Below, in pieces: positions 1 to 11,700 of a stretch of DNA of 64,000 nt. A model generated the notes under the pieces. That model had not been told where the DNA came from. It made no database searches and worked only from the letters and a program-made list of their open reading frames with translations. The position numbers and the translations under genes were made by a program. This DNA is from Lama glama (Eukaryota): NCBI GenBank assembly GCA_028534125.1, contig CM052817.1, forward strand, positions 684,001 through 748,000, read 5' to 3'. Numbering within the stretch: the first letter of the stretch is position 1; every line of letters begins with the position of its first letter.

Positions 1-211
1 GCACCTGGGTTCCCCACAGGCCCAGCACAGGCCAGCTCCAGAGCCCCTTCCCCAAGGAGGTGGGACCCTCCCTCAGCCGGAGGGGTGGGAACCGGGCTCT
101 CAGAGTTAACCCCTCTTCATTGTGAACAAGCCTTCACTGAGAACTTCCCTGCTGGACCCTGGGTGGTTCCTGTCTCCTGATTGGACCCAGGCATATACAA
201 CCTCTTCGTGA

Positions 212-1935
212 TTTTTTTTCTCGTTTCTTTATTGCAGTAAAATGTATACAACATAAAATGGATTCTCTTAACCACTTTTAAGCGACAGTTTAGCAGTGTT
301 AAATACACTTACACTCTTGTGTAGCCAGTACCACTGCCCCCCATGGCTCAGCATCCTGTGACTCTGAAACTCTGTCCCCATTACACAACTCCCCAGCCCC
401 CAGCCAGCGCCACCCCCGGCCCCTGGCACCCATCTTTAGATTTGACTGCTCTAGGGACCTCCTCTAGGTGGAATCAAACACACAGCATTTGCCTCTTTGT
501 GACTGATTATGTCCCTGTGTTCCACCGTGTGGACGGCCATGTTGGCTTAATCCATCCACAGACACTCGGGTGGCTTCCACATCTCAGCTGTGGTGGACAT
601 GCTTCTGTGAGCATGGGTGTGCAAATACCTCTTTGAGACCCTGCTTGCAATTCTTTGGGGTGTATACCCAGAACTGGAATTTCTGGATCCCGTGGTAATT
701 CTCTGCTTTTTTGAGGGATCTCCATACTGTTCCCCACAGCGGCTACACTACTTTACGTTCCCACCAAGAGTTCATGAGAGCACCAGCTTCTCCACGTCTT
801 CACCCACACTGGTTCTGTTCTGGTCTTTTGATAGTAGCCTGATGGGTGTGAGGTGGTATCTCGCTGTGGCTTTGGTTTGCACTCCCCTGACGATGAGTGA
901 CGTGCGCGATTCGTGTTCTTGCTGGCCATTCACACGTCTTCTCTGGAGAAACGTCTGGTCGAGTCCTTTGCCCGTTTTTAATTGGGTTGTTTATTTTGTT
1001 GTTGTTGCTGTGGTGGTGGAGTCTGAGCAGTTCTCTATGTATTCTGGGTATCAGTTCCTCATCAGATATGCAATTTGCAAATATTTCCTCCCACTCTGTG
1101 AGCTGCCTTTTCAATCTCTTGATAGTGTCCTTTGATAGACAAAGTTTTAGATTTTGATTAAGTCCAATTTATTATTTTCTTGCCTGTGCTTTTGGTGTCA
1201 CATCCAAGAAATCATTGCAAAATCCAAAGTCGTGTTTCCCCTTAAGCTTCCCTTCCTTTTGTAGCTCTTACTTTAGGTCCTTGATCCATTTTGAGTTAAT
1301 CTTTGTGTGCAGTGTTAGATAACAGTCCTGCGTCTCTCTTTTGCATGTGGATGTCCAGTCTGCCCAGCACCATTTGTTGAAAAGGCTGTCCTTTCCTTTT
1401 CCCTATCAAAAGATCTTGGCACCCTTGTCAAAAATCATCTGACCACACATGTGCAGGTTTACTCCTGGGCTCTGGGTTCTACTCCACTGGTCTGTATGTC
1501 TGTCCTTACGCCAACACCACACTGTTTTGATCACTATAGTTTTGCAGTAACTTCTGAAATCGGGAACCTTGAGTCCTCCAGTTTTGTTCTTCTTTTTGGA
1601 GATTTTGAGATTCCACGTGAATCTGAGGATGAAATTTTCTATCTCTGCAAAACGCCTTGTTGAAGTTTTGACAGGGATTGTAGACGAGGTCATCTGGGTG
1701 GCATTATCATCTTAGGAAGATCAGATCTTCCAGCCCGTGAGCGTGGGGTGTCCTTCCGCTTCTTCAGGCCTCCCTTAGCTTCTCTCAGCAGTGCTCTGTT
1801 GTTTGCAACGTGCAGTCTTTGAGCCCCCTGGTTACGTTTATTCCTAAGTGTTTTATTCCTTTTGGTGCTATTGTAAATGGAACTGTATTCTCAGTGTCTT
1901 TCTTGGATTATTCATTGTTAGTGTATAGATATCTT
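212..1935 (-). mobile_element. LINE-1 (L1MB-like) 3' part: ORF2 C-terminal relic plus 3' UTR
   Basis: Minus-strand ORFs match L1 ORF2 motifs: 1406-1693 GGLKVPDFRSYCKTIVIKTVWCWRKDRHTDQWSR, 800-1114 KRQLTEWEEIFANCISDEELIPRIHREL, 507-737 ELPRDPEIPVLGIHPKEL. T-rich tail at ~212-235. Many frameshifts. Confidence 0.92.
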
Positions 1936-2537
1936 ACTGATGTTCCAGACCCTTACAAATTTAACTGTAGTTTAAAAAGTGCACAAATAGGAATGTGCCT
2001 CTCAGTTATCATAAATGAAGTCGGTGTGTCTGCTTCATTTCCAAGTCAAGAAATAGCTTATCACCAGCCCACCTGTGCCGCCTTGCAGGCACTTCTGTTC
2101 CCCCGGAGACGAGCAGTGTCCTGGATTCTGACTCCTCGGTTCATGGAGCTCGTCTGGAACCTTGCACGAGGACTCACAAAGCGAGCGAATGTGTCTGGCT
2201 GCTCCTCACAACGCTGTGTGCAGGAAGCTCCTGGGTGGTGGCGTGTGCAGCAGCGAGTCGCCCTTCTCATCGGTACGCTGTTTCGTTGTGTGGCTATCCA
2301 TGAGTAATTTTCCACCCTGCTGTCGAAGGCCATCAGGGTATTTCCTAGTTTCTAGAACATTCTCGTACGAGTCTTTTTGTGAACATTAAGCATGTGTGTC
2401 AGTCTGAGGATGCACCTGGGGTTGGGGAGACTGCCAGGAGTCCATATGTTTTGCTCCTGGATGTATTGCCCAAAGTGTTCCTGCACGCCGGTACCACTGC
2501 CCAGCCGCCCACTGCATACTGGAGTCCTGGGGGCTTC

Positions 2538-2738
2538 AAAGTGGCGGCTGGAGCCAGGGCACAAGGGCTCGAAGAGCAGCTCCTACACGTGCCTTCCCAG
2601 CCCTGCGTCAGCAACGTCGCATCAGTCCCTTGAAATCAGTCACGGGGGAGCATTTACACCATGGCAGCCAACAACATGACAAATAGCGCACTTTCACCCC
2701 GGAGGGCAGACTGTTAAGCATTCACCAGCTCCTTCCTG
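2538..2738 (+). mobile_element. MER63A-like hAT-Blackjack non-autonomous DNA transposon
   Basis: ~200 bp. Left end agtggcggctggagcc, internal cttgaaatcagtcacgggggagcatttacacc, right end ggagggcagactgttaagcattcaccagc; all follow my recollection of the MER63A consensus. Confidence 0.7.
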
Positions 2739-2762
2739 CTCCACTTCATAAACCCAGGGCTT

Positions 2763-2894
2763 TCGTCTCCACATCCCAGTCCCCAGGGTGGGGGGGGATC
2801 CGTCTCCACAACCTAGTCCCCGGGGGGATCCGTCTCCACATCCCAGTCCCCGGGGGGATCCGTCTCCACATCCCAGTCCCCGGGGGGGGGTCGT
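2763..2894. repeat. 30-bp minisatellite, ~4 copies
   Basis: Unit cgtctccacatcccagtccccggggggatc is repeated directly; it gives the GDPSPHPSPR repeats in ORF 2788-2979. Confidence 0.92.
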
Positions 2895-2945
2895 CTTTTT
2901 CTTTTTAGCACCTGGTAAGTGTGTAGTCCCATCTCACTGTGGATT

Positions 2946-3476
2946 TGTTTTGTTTGGAGCTTTTTTGATTCTTTTTTAACTGAGGTATGATCAGTTTGCA
3001 ACATACGCAGCATTTTTCAGTCGTACATACATATACATACATATAATCCTTCTCATGTTCTTTTTCATTGTAGGTCACTGCAGGATATTGACATTAGTCC
3101 TCTGTGTTATACAGTATGAACGTTTTATCTGTTTAATGTAAAGTAGTCAGTATCTGCAAATCTCTAACTCCCAATTTATTCCTTCCCACCCTCTTTCCCT
3201 CCTGGTACGTAAGTTTGTTTTCTATCTGTGAGTCTGCTTCTGTTTTATAAATAAGTTCATTTGTGTCTTTTTTTTTTTGAGATTTCACATATAAGTGATA
3301 CCATTTGGTACTTTTCTTTCTCTTTCTGGCTCACTTCACTTCGAATGACAGTCTATAGGTCCGTCCATGTTGCTTCAAATGGCAATATTTCATTAACTTT
3401 TTATGGCTGAGTAGTACTCCATTGTGCAAATACACCACAGCTTTATCCAGACGTCTGTCGGCGGCCGTTTGGGCTG
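2946..3476 (-). mobile_element. Younger 5'-truncated LINE-1 3' UTR (artiodactyl/camelid type) with target-site duplication
   Basis: Typical 3' UTR (aagtttgttttctatctgtgagtctg, tttttatggctgagtagtactccattgtg), T-rich tail at the left, flanked by tcactgtggatt (2934-2945) and tcactgtggttt (3477-3488). Confidence 0.85.
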
Positions 3477-3929
3477 TCACTGTGGTTTCGGTGGGCTGTT
3501 CCAGCCTGCAGATAACATCCACCTCCTCTTCCTGTGCTCACTGGCCGTGGGACTCCTGTTCTTGAAGTGTCTGTTCAAGTTCTCTTGTCGGTTTGTCACA
3601 ATTCTTCGTGACAAACCCTTCAATGACACAGATACCTTCTCCCACAGTCTTAGTGGTGTTTTTGAGGAATAACAGCTTTGAATTTCTACAATTTTTTATA
3701 GTTGGTACATTCTGTTGCACTAGTTAAGAAATATTCTCGTACTGAGACCATGAAGATCCTTTTTGTATTGGTCAATTACTGCTTTATTCCATATGCTTAC
3801 CAGTTACCAGCACAGAACACTTACTGAAAATATTTTAAAATACGACTAGTTTAAGTATTTTTATTATTATTAATTTCACCGGGGGTGCAAGCTTGCACTC
3901 TCCCTCTCTCACTGTGTGTGTGTGTGTGT

Positions 3930-4480
3930 ATGAATTTTGGGATCATTTGAAAGTAATTTGCAGACATGCCAACCCTCTAATACTTCAGCGTGAATTTCCT
4001 AAAACTAAGGACATTCTCTTAAGAAACCACAGCATAACCACCAGGATCAGGAAAGCAGCATAGCTAGGAACCACTGCTGTCTCACCCGCAGTGCAGAGCC
4101 TGCCACTTGTCCCCCAGCCGTGGGGGCGGCTGGCCGTCCCCCGCCCCCACCTCCGCAGTCTTCTTGCCTCACTCCGCCCCCTGCACCTGAGAGGACCTGC
4201 CCTGGATACCAGCAGTCGCATCTCTGAAGAAACGTCTGTCCAAGTTCTTTTTCCATTTGCAATTGCGTCCGTTGTTGTCCTGGGGTCGCAGTGGCTCTCT
4301 GTGTGTTCTGTGCTTGCTTCTCTCAGTAGATGCATGGTGTGTGAGTATCTTCTCCCATCCTCTGGCAGCGCCTTTGGGGCACCAAAGCTTTCAATTTTGA
4401 TTAAGTCCAATTTATTTCTTTCCTTGCATGTGCCTTTGGTGTAATATCCCAGAAATCATTGCCAAACCCAGCCAACCATT
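3930..4480 (-). mobile_element. Old LINE-1 fragments (L1MC-like 3' end plus ORF2 piece)
   Basis: catttgaaagtaatttgcagacat...aaggacattctctt is L1MC-like; ttcaattttgattaagtccaattt...agaaatcattgccaaaccc (4390-4470) matches the L1 copy at 1150-1225. Confidence 0.65.
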
Positions 4481-6009
4481 GCCAAGTCCTCCTGGGGAGG
4501 CAGGGGACTGCGGTGGCCACGTGAGGGGCAAGACGGGGCTCTGGGGCCAGCGGGATCCCAGAGGAGGAAAGGCTTCGCTGTGAACGCCACAGGCTGGAGC
4601 AGCAGAGGCCAGAGGGCCACGGGGTGCTGGGTGGATGGAGGGCTGGCCTGTCCGGGCTCTACAGGCAGCCGTCTATACACCACCCTCTCCAGCCACAGGG
4701 CCCCACTCCCAGGCCCAGCCTGCCAGCAGATCTGGGAAGGACCGACCTCATGTGCGCTGCCTTCTGCTCTATCCCGACAGCCTCGGGTGACCCAGAGCAA
4801 CCAGCAGTGCCCAATCCTGCCTTTGAAATGTGGAAAGTGGCCCTACCAGACCTGGGGGGCAGGGGCGAGAGTGGGGACAGGCCCGTGAACGCAGGGATGC
4901 GCCAAAGGGACCCCACGAAACCTGGGCCCCGATGCCTGCACCAGGTGAGAGGCCATGGCTGCTCGCAGACAGGGAGATGGGAAGCCGCCTCCTGCTGGAC
5001 GCGCACTGGTCATGGTCCGGGCAGGAGGGGCCCCCCCTGGGGCAGCTTGCTCTGCATGGGGTCAGGGCCTGGTGCCGAGGGGAGCACAGGCTAACGGGGC
5101 ACTGGCCTGGAGGGGCTCTGTCCTGGCATGGCTGCCCTGTGTGGTCGAGCAGCAGGGCAGGTGAAGTGCAGTGGTCTCGGTCCTGCTGGGCGCCTCTTCA
5201 GACGGCCCCTGGGCCTACCTTGCCAGGCCCCCGCCGACCACCTGGTGGGTACCTGCTCTGAGTCCCCTGTGGCCTGCCCCACCCGCATGCTCCACCCTGG
5301 CTCCGAGGTCCCTGCTGTCACCTGGTCACATAGACCAGCCTGTGTGTCCCCAGACGAGGGATGAGTTCCCCCCACTGAGAGGCTCTCAGGAGGGTCCCGC
5401 CCCCTCACAGGATGGGGGACCCAGAGTGGGGCCCCTACTCCATGGGGCAGTGACCCCTGTGCCCCACGGTGGCCCGACCCAGGCCACCCTGCCCATGGTA
5501 GGTGGCAGGGGTCCATGGGTCTGGCTGCTGGGCAGGAGGGGTGCTGTGGTCTGTGGAGGCCTCTTCCGCACTCTCACGGCTGGCTCTGAGATTGCCCTAA
5601 CTCGGTGAGCAGCAAACACACCATGCGGCCATCTGTGCAGGTTCCTGGAGCTCTCGGTGCGGTGGCCGGGCTGGGGGTGCCCGGGGATCTCAGGCTTTTC
5701 TCAGGTCAGGTGGTCTCAGAGGTGGGCTCGCTCTCACAGGGCATGGGAGAAAGAGGGCTCCTGCCCCGGGGCCCCGTATCTTCTGTTTCAAATTCACGCT
5801 CTTAATTGCAATCAGTACCCGGGAAAAGAGCCTGGTCCGGGCCAGCTGTATCGTCCACGGAGCCGGAAGGGCAGCAGAGAGGATGGGCAAAGTCGGCGAC
5901 CACCAAGCTCTACGAGCAGGTGGCCCCAAGTTCTCCACCAACTGCTCTGCCGGTTCTCGGCCACAGCGCCACAATCCTCCAAAATTACCGAGGCACAGGG
6001 ACCAGCCCC

Positions 6010-6570
6010 CCCTCCAGGCATAAATCACATTCTCACAGCTACCACGTGCCAGAAGGCAGCGGCTCCTCCGGGAGGGCCAGCGTGACTGTCCCCTAAATTC
6101 CGAGGCTGGTGATTGATGCCACCTGCTTCACACACACCGCAGCCACCATCTGCTCACAGGGAAACATGAACTTTGAATAAGCGTGTCCTGCTGATTTTAA
6201 CTGGGCTAATTTATTGCTCACACGCGGAGGAGCGGGATTTGTGGCAAGTTCTCAGCCGCCCGGGAGCCCGCAGACCAGCCCCACGGGTGCGATCACGCCT
6301 GATAAGGTCAGCGCCAACTGCAGCCGCGGCCGCCAGCCCCCCAAAAGCACAGGGGAAAACAGCCCCGGCAGAGCGCCTCCGTGGGGGGACTTCTTTTTGA
6401 ATTAAATACTCCGGGCCCCGGTGGAAGCCTATTCATTTTCACAATCAGCTTTCTTTCCAGTTGTAAACAGGCTCTTTCTAAAACTTGTGCATGATTTTAA
6501 TTACAGATAAGTTTCTCTTTAAAGGCCAGGCGTTCATGCCTGGGTTGCTGAGCTGAATTCGATACATCTC
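6010..6570. promoter_or_regulatory. Candidate conserved non-coding element / enhancer
   Basis: Non-repeat AT-rich island: PBX-HOX-type TGATTGAT 6110-6117, gctaatttattgc, FOX TGTAAACA 6462-6469, tgattttaattacagataag. Confidence 0.55.
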
Positions 6571-7539
6571 TCTGTTTCTGGTGTCCAGCTGCTGCACAGG
6601 CCGGGAGGGCCACCGACCCTGCTGGCATGTGGGCAGCTGCCAGGTTCTGGACGCTCCTGGCCCCTCAGCCCCGCCAGCCCCGCCCCCACTGCCTGTCGTG
6701 ACACAGTGGAACAAGCTACGTGGGGCTGAGGTGCCCAGACCCCCAGCACGTGCCCCTCGAGCTTGGAGGTGAGGGAGGGGGAGCCACTGGGCTTCTGCTG
6801 CCCACAGAGGAGGCCGCAGGCCTCGCCCAGTGCCCAGCTGGGCACAGAGTGCAGGTGGCTGGCCTTCTGGGCCAGTGCTGGAGTCAGCCCTGAGCCACCT
6901 CCTCCGAGAAGCCTCATGGACCTAGCCTTCCCCAGCTCCTCCTGGGAGCGACCGCTTGCTGTGGTTGGGGGCCCAGAGAGCCTCTCTCCTCAGTCAGGTT
7001 CCCAGCCAGCACGTGAGCAGAGGGCCAGGGGTCTGCCTACTCCATCCCCACAGCTGCATGGGGGTCTCTGCTCCACAGCGGAGGGGTGCAGAGGGCCCCA
7101 GCATGGAGCCCCCAGTGAAGCCGGTGGTGGGGTGCAGAGGAAGGCATTTCAGAGTCGGCTGCTCTCAGTGCTGGACAGCATGTGTGTTGCTGTCAGGGAC
7201 CCCGGGTGTGGGGAAGCCTCTCAGAACCTCCACCACCTAGCGCCGGCCAGAAGGGAGCTCTGCCGGCCTCGAGGGACGGGGGCGCGAGCCCGTGAGATGC
7301 TCCAGGTGTGAGCGCGGATGCAGGTGTGGCAGTGCTCGGGCCCGGGAGCTCTCAGAAGCACAGAGAAGCTGCTCAGCCCCCCGACACCGGGAAGGGGAGC
7401 CAGGGTGGCGTGTGGAGGGGCATGCGTGTTCATGTGTATTGCTGGGTGATGCAGTGTGCACACGTGCGTGCTGAACCCGCCCTCAGCCCAGGATGCCCAC
7501 AGCTGTGGTTGGCTTTGCCGTGGGTTCTGAGCAACTTCA

Positions 7540-7850
7540 GTTTGGAGCAAAGCCCTTTTATTGTCATGGATGGAAAAAGATGAGAACAAAGATGGAGCCG
7601 CAGAACATCTGGGCTCGGCCCTCAGACCCAGCAGGTCCCGCGACAGGGCCGGTCTCCCCGGGATTGGCAGAGCCTCGTGGTGCGACTTTTCAGCCATGAA
7701 TGACGCTGCCGAGCCCTGGCTCCGTGTTGCTGCCACTTCACCCGTAATAGCTTTAAATCCTATTATGATCACCTCATTTTACAACATGCTACAGCCCTGG
7801 GATCAATATATCAAGATAGCCGAGTGCCGGTTACCATCCGGACAAGACAG
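7540..7850. promoter_or_regulatory. Candidate conserved non-coding element / enhancer
   Basis: AT-rich island with ttttattgtc, SOX/TCF-like gaacaaag, gtaatagctttaaatcctattatg and ONECUT-like GATCAATA 7801-7808. Confidence 0.5.
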
Positions 7851-8439
7851 CTGAGCCAGGGCAGCCACCAGGCCGAGGCCGCTCCGCACGGTGCCTGGTC
7901 CCGCCTGCCCTGGGGTTGGGGGAGCAGTACACTCAGGCTAACCCAGGAAAGAGGCCAAAGAGAGGAGGGCAGCGGGGGCCATGCGGCCCCTCAGGGCCGA
8001 GGCCCAGAGTTGCCCCGCTGTGTCCACCTTCTAGCTTTGGGGCCCAGCCAGCAGCACCCCCAGCCCTGTGCAGCGTCACTCACAGCCTCCTACAGCAGAC
8101 ACGCAGGCCTCTCGAGCCCTTGGGGGGCTGCGCCTGTCCTGGCATTTCACACGCCTCTGGGACCCTTGGGATGAGGGAGGCCGGCCATTGGGCCCCCAGG
8201 CTCGTGTTCAACCCCCAGGGCAAAGCGCCTCAGTGCAGGCAGGCCGGACCCTCCGACAAGAGCCCCAGCCCTGTGCAGGCACCGTGGGGTGGGGGCCCCA
8301 CAGGCTCAGCCCAGAGTCTCCAGGGCACATGGCCTGGCGAGGCGGCCAAATGGAGAACCTAAGAGGCAACTCAGTTTTTGCAGAAAACACTGTGAGACAA
8401 TAGTTCTCTCCCACGGTGAGGCCTGGCCTCGTCGGAGGA

Positions 8440-8701
8440 CATAACCCCTCTCACAAAACTCAACATACTCTAACCAGACGATCCAGCAATGGCACCCTGG
8501 GAACGCCCCAAAGGAGCAGAAGAAACTGCACACAGATGTCTACAGCAGCTTTATCCCTCGTTGCCAGAACCTGGAAGCAGCCAAGATGCCCTCCGGCAGG
8601 TGATGGATAAATAAACTGTGGTCCCTCTGGACGCTGGAATATTATTCAGCACTAAAGAGAAATGAGCTGACACGGCATGAAAAGACACGGAGGAACCTTA
8701 A
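8440..8701 (+). mobile_element. LINE-1 (L1MC-like) ORF2 end / 3' UTR, cut by the gap
   Basis: acctggaagcagccaagatgccc, ggataaataaactgtgg, gaatattattcagcactaaagagaaatgagc, catgaaaagacacggaggaacctta; ORF 8416-8610 contains ARTWKQPRCP. Confidence 0.85.
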
Positions 8702-9201
8702 NNNNNNNNNNNNNNNNNNNNNNNNNNNNNNNNNNNNNNNNNNNNNNNNNNNNNNNNNNNNNNNNNNNNNNNNNNNNNNNNNNNNNNNNNNNNNNNNNNN
8801 NNNNNNNNNNNNNNNNNNNNNNNNNNNNNNNNNNNNNNNNNNNNNNNNNNNNNNNNNNNNNNNNNNNNNNNNNNNNNNNNNNNNNNNNNNNNNNNNNNNN
8901 NNNNNNNNNNNNNNNNNNNNNNNNNNNNNNNNNNNNNNNNNNNNNNNNNNNNNNNNNNNNNNNNNNNNNNNNNNNNNNNNNNNNNNNNNNNNNNNNNNNN
9001 NNNNNNNNNNNNNNNNNNNNNNNNNNNNNNNNNNNNNNNNNNNNNNNNNNNNNNNNNNNNNNNNNNNNNNNNNNNNNNNNNNNNNNNNNNNNNNNNNNNN
9101 NNNNNNNNNNNNNNNNNNNNNNNNNNNNNNNNNNNNNNNNNNNNNNNNNNNNNNNNNNNNNNNNNNNNNNNNNNNNNNNNNNNNNNNNNNNNNNNNNNNN
9201 N
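8702..9201. other. Assembly gap (500 N)
   Basis: Run of exactly 500 N; round size suggests a placeholder. Confidence 1.
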
Positions 9202-11369
9202 GGATGGATGGATTGTTGAACAGCTGAGGGAAGCTCTCAATTCTTCTCAAGTGAACTCTTCCCCAGAACGAGCAGCCCCAACGCCTCTGTTCTTTCATCG
9301 CAGTCTGTGGCCCGGTCACATTCTGCCCACTTTCCTCTGGCCGCCCTGGGGCATCCTTGTCCTTGAAGGCCAACCTGCAGCTCCAGGGGCCTGAGCAAAG
9401 TGAGTCAGCTGCTGCTGGCATCTCCCTGGACGCCAGCTCTGTCACCTTTCCCTTTTCGGGCCCCAAGCTGGAGCAGTGCTGACATGGCAGCCGTCCCCCG
9501 GTGAGACTCGGCCAGAGGCTGCCCCTAGCAGCAGAGGGGGTCTGTCTCCAAACCACAGCTCATTTGACGCCCGTAGGCAGGGCTGGTCAGTCAGTGCTGC
9601 CCCAGCCCCACTTCTGCGTTGAACAGTGATCATTACTCTCCCTGCCTGCCCGCTGCCCCATCGGGAGCTGCGATGAGGAGGTGCCTATGACCTGCGCAAG
9701 GCGAAGCAAGAAGTCTGGAGGTGGCCCGGGTCCCCCAGCACAGGAAGCTGGCACCCCGCAGCCCCAGACAGCTGTCCCAGAACCTGATTCGTTTTCCTTT
9801 GAGCTGTGGGAACTGAGCGGAAAGAGCTGGGCCGGGGTGTGCACGGGGGCCCCGTCATCGTGCCTTCCCCGGGGCTGCGAGGCCTGGCGCCCCGAGGGGA
9901 TGGTGCTCCCACTGCCCTTCCCTGGCTGCCTGGTGCCTGTGGCCATCAGAGTGGCCCATGGGTGTGGCCTCCCCGCACAGCGGTCCTGCCACAGGTCTGC
10001 TAGTGAGAGCCCAGCTCCCAACCGCTCGGCTCCCAAGCCCTACGAACAGTCCCCTGTGTGCTGCTGTGTGAGAACTCCATTTGGAGGGAGGTTCCAGTTT
10101 TACTTCCCACTGAAGAGCATCCCCAGCGCGGGCCCTGCCAAGGGCGAGGGTGTGGGAACAGCAGGGCCTCAAGGAGCAGAACGGCCCCTCTGGGCATCAG
10201 AGAGCCCCAGGCCCTCCACTCATGGCCAAGAGCGACCCCACACTTTGGGTGGAGAAGTCTCTGGCCTCAGGGCTTTCTGTCTGCACCCCACCCCCATGTT
10301 CCTTCGCAGACGTAGTGGGTATGGGGTCTGGGGCATCACAGGGAAGGGGTGAGTGGCCTGCTTACCTGTCTTTCGGAAGTGACCGTGTCTGCAGTCGGGG
10401 GCAGATGAGGTGCCTCAGGCCCGCCCCCAGCCCGCCAGCCCCTGACTTTCTGGCCCGTAACGCAGAATCGCGCCTCTCTCACCAAGAAGCTCACGCTTTC
10501 CTCCAGGTGATTCAAAGCTTCACGGCGCGAGTCCATAGCCTTTTCTTTCTTTAACCCCAAACAAGTCTTCCTGTCAATCCTCGGAGTCATGAGGAACAGC
10601 CTGGGCTTGGGGAGGCTCTGGGTGCTCCAGAGACGCCCCGGCGTCACCCCAGGACTGCTTCTTGGGGGCTGACACCCCAGGTGGTCCCCACGTGGCCAGC
10701 TCTGGGGGCACTGCCTGCTGGGAGGGGACACAGCCTCTCGGCTCCTGGCTCCGGTGCGGTGCTGGTCCCGCTCCACATTGCTGCGTGACGGGGAGAAGTG
10801 GCCTGGCTTCCGTGAGACTCGCTGTCCCTGTCTCGCTAGTCACTGTGACACCCGGAGTCAGTTTCCTGGGCTCCCTCTGCACCAGGCACCAGCCCGGCCA
10901 CCACAGGCAGATGGAGTGTCCAGCTCACCTGCCATCCCGCTGAGGCCCTGGGAGAGGGGGTCCCTGTGCCCATCCCTCTGGGGAGTCTCTGCGTGCCGGG
11001 CCCCACGTGAGCACCTGGTCCCGCTCAAGGGTTCTGGGGACCCGAGGTGTGGCGAGGGGTCCGGGGGCCACGGACACTAACTGCCGTCTCAGACACGAGC
11101 CCGCGGAGGCCAAGGTGATCCCAGAGATGCCAGCACGTTGGTCTTCTTTCCAGGAGAAACGGAAAGCGTGTCCGCAAATGGTTTCACCCTGGTAGGGGTG
11201 AGCAGCTCTCCGGGTGTCCACCCCGGGCGGGCAGACAGGCACAGCCGGTCACCTGCTCGAGCCCACGTCGAGCCGGCCCCAGGCGACAGCCCGATGCCAG
11301 GGCTGCGGCTCCAGGCGGGCGCCTCCCCCAGCGGCACGAGGACGTGGGGACACAGCATGGGCATCGAAT

Positions 11370-11700
11370 AGTTGCTCTTGAAGGCACTTCTGGTTTTCCA
11401 TTTATAAAGCAGAGCGAGGCTATAAATCAGAAAAGTATTTATAGGGACTCACAGCAGCAGTAACAGGTTCGCGTGGCCAGCGTGTCTCTGTGACGATTCC
11501 ATCTTCCACGCTGACTTAAGCACGAGAGAAAAAGGCTTTCCAGCCCAGGGCCCACTGCACAGCCGCGGAGACTGAGTGCGTTTGTGATAATTCATGGACT
11601 TCTCACTTTCATTTCTCTGCTGCCCGGGAATTACATCCCACTATTAAAATGTGCTGCGACCGCCTGGCCAGGCGGGCCCTCCGCGTGTTCAGACACGTAA
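11370..11700. promoter_or_regulatory. Candidate conserved non-coding element / enhancer
   Basis: AT-rich island (ccatttataaagc, ctataaatcag, gtatttatagg, tgataattcatgg, ctattaaaatg) followed by a CpG-rich patch to ~11900. Confidence 0.5.

Larger units (their letters stand above)
1940..3860 (-). mobile_element. Old, highly diverged LINE-1 (L1ME-like) 3' region hosting nested insertions
   Basis: L1 3'-end motifs (gtctttttgtgaacat, tctccacatcc, catctcactgtgg, gaagtgtctgttcaagt) resume in register on both sides of the nested elements. Boundaries approximate. Confidence 0.6.

Noticed and set aside
507..1693. L1 ORF2 peptides as functional CDS
   Set aside because: Fragmented by frameshifts and stops and 5'-truncated; a dead element.
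8642..9556. ORFs spanning the 500-N gap (likewise those at 30876-31496)
   Set aside because: Artefacts of translating N runs.
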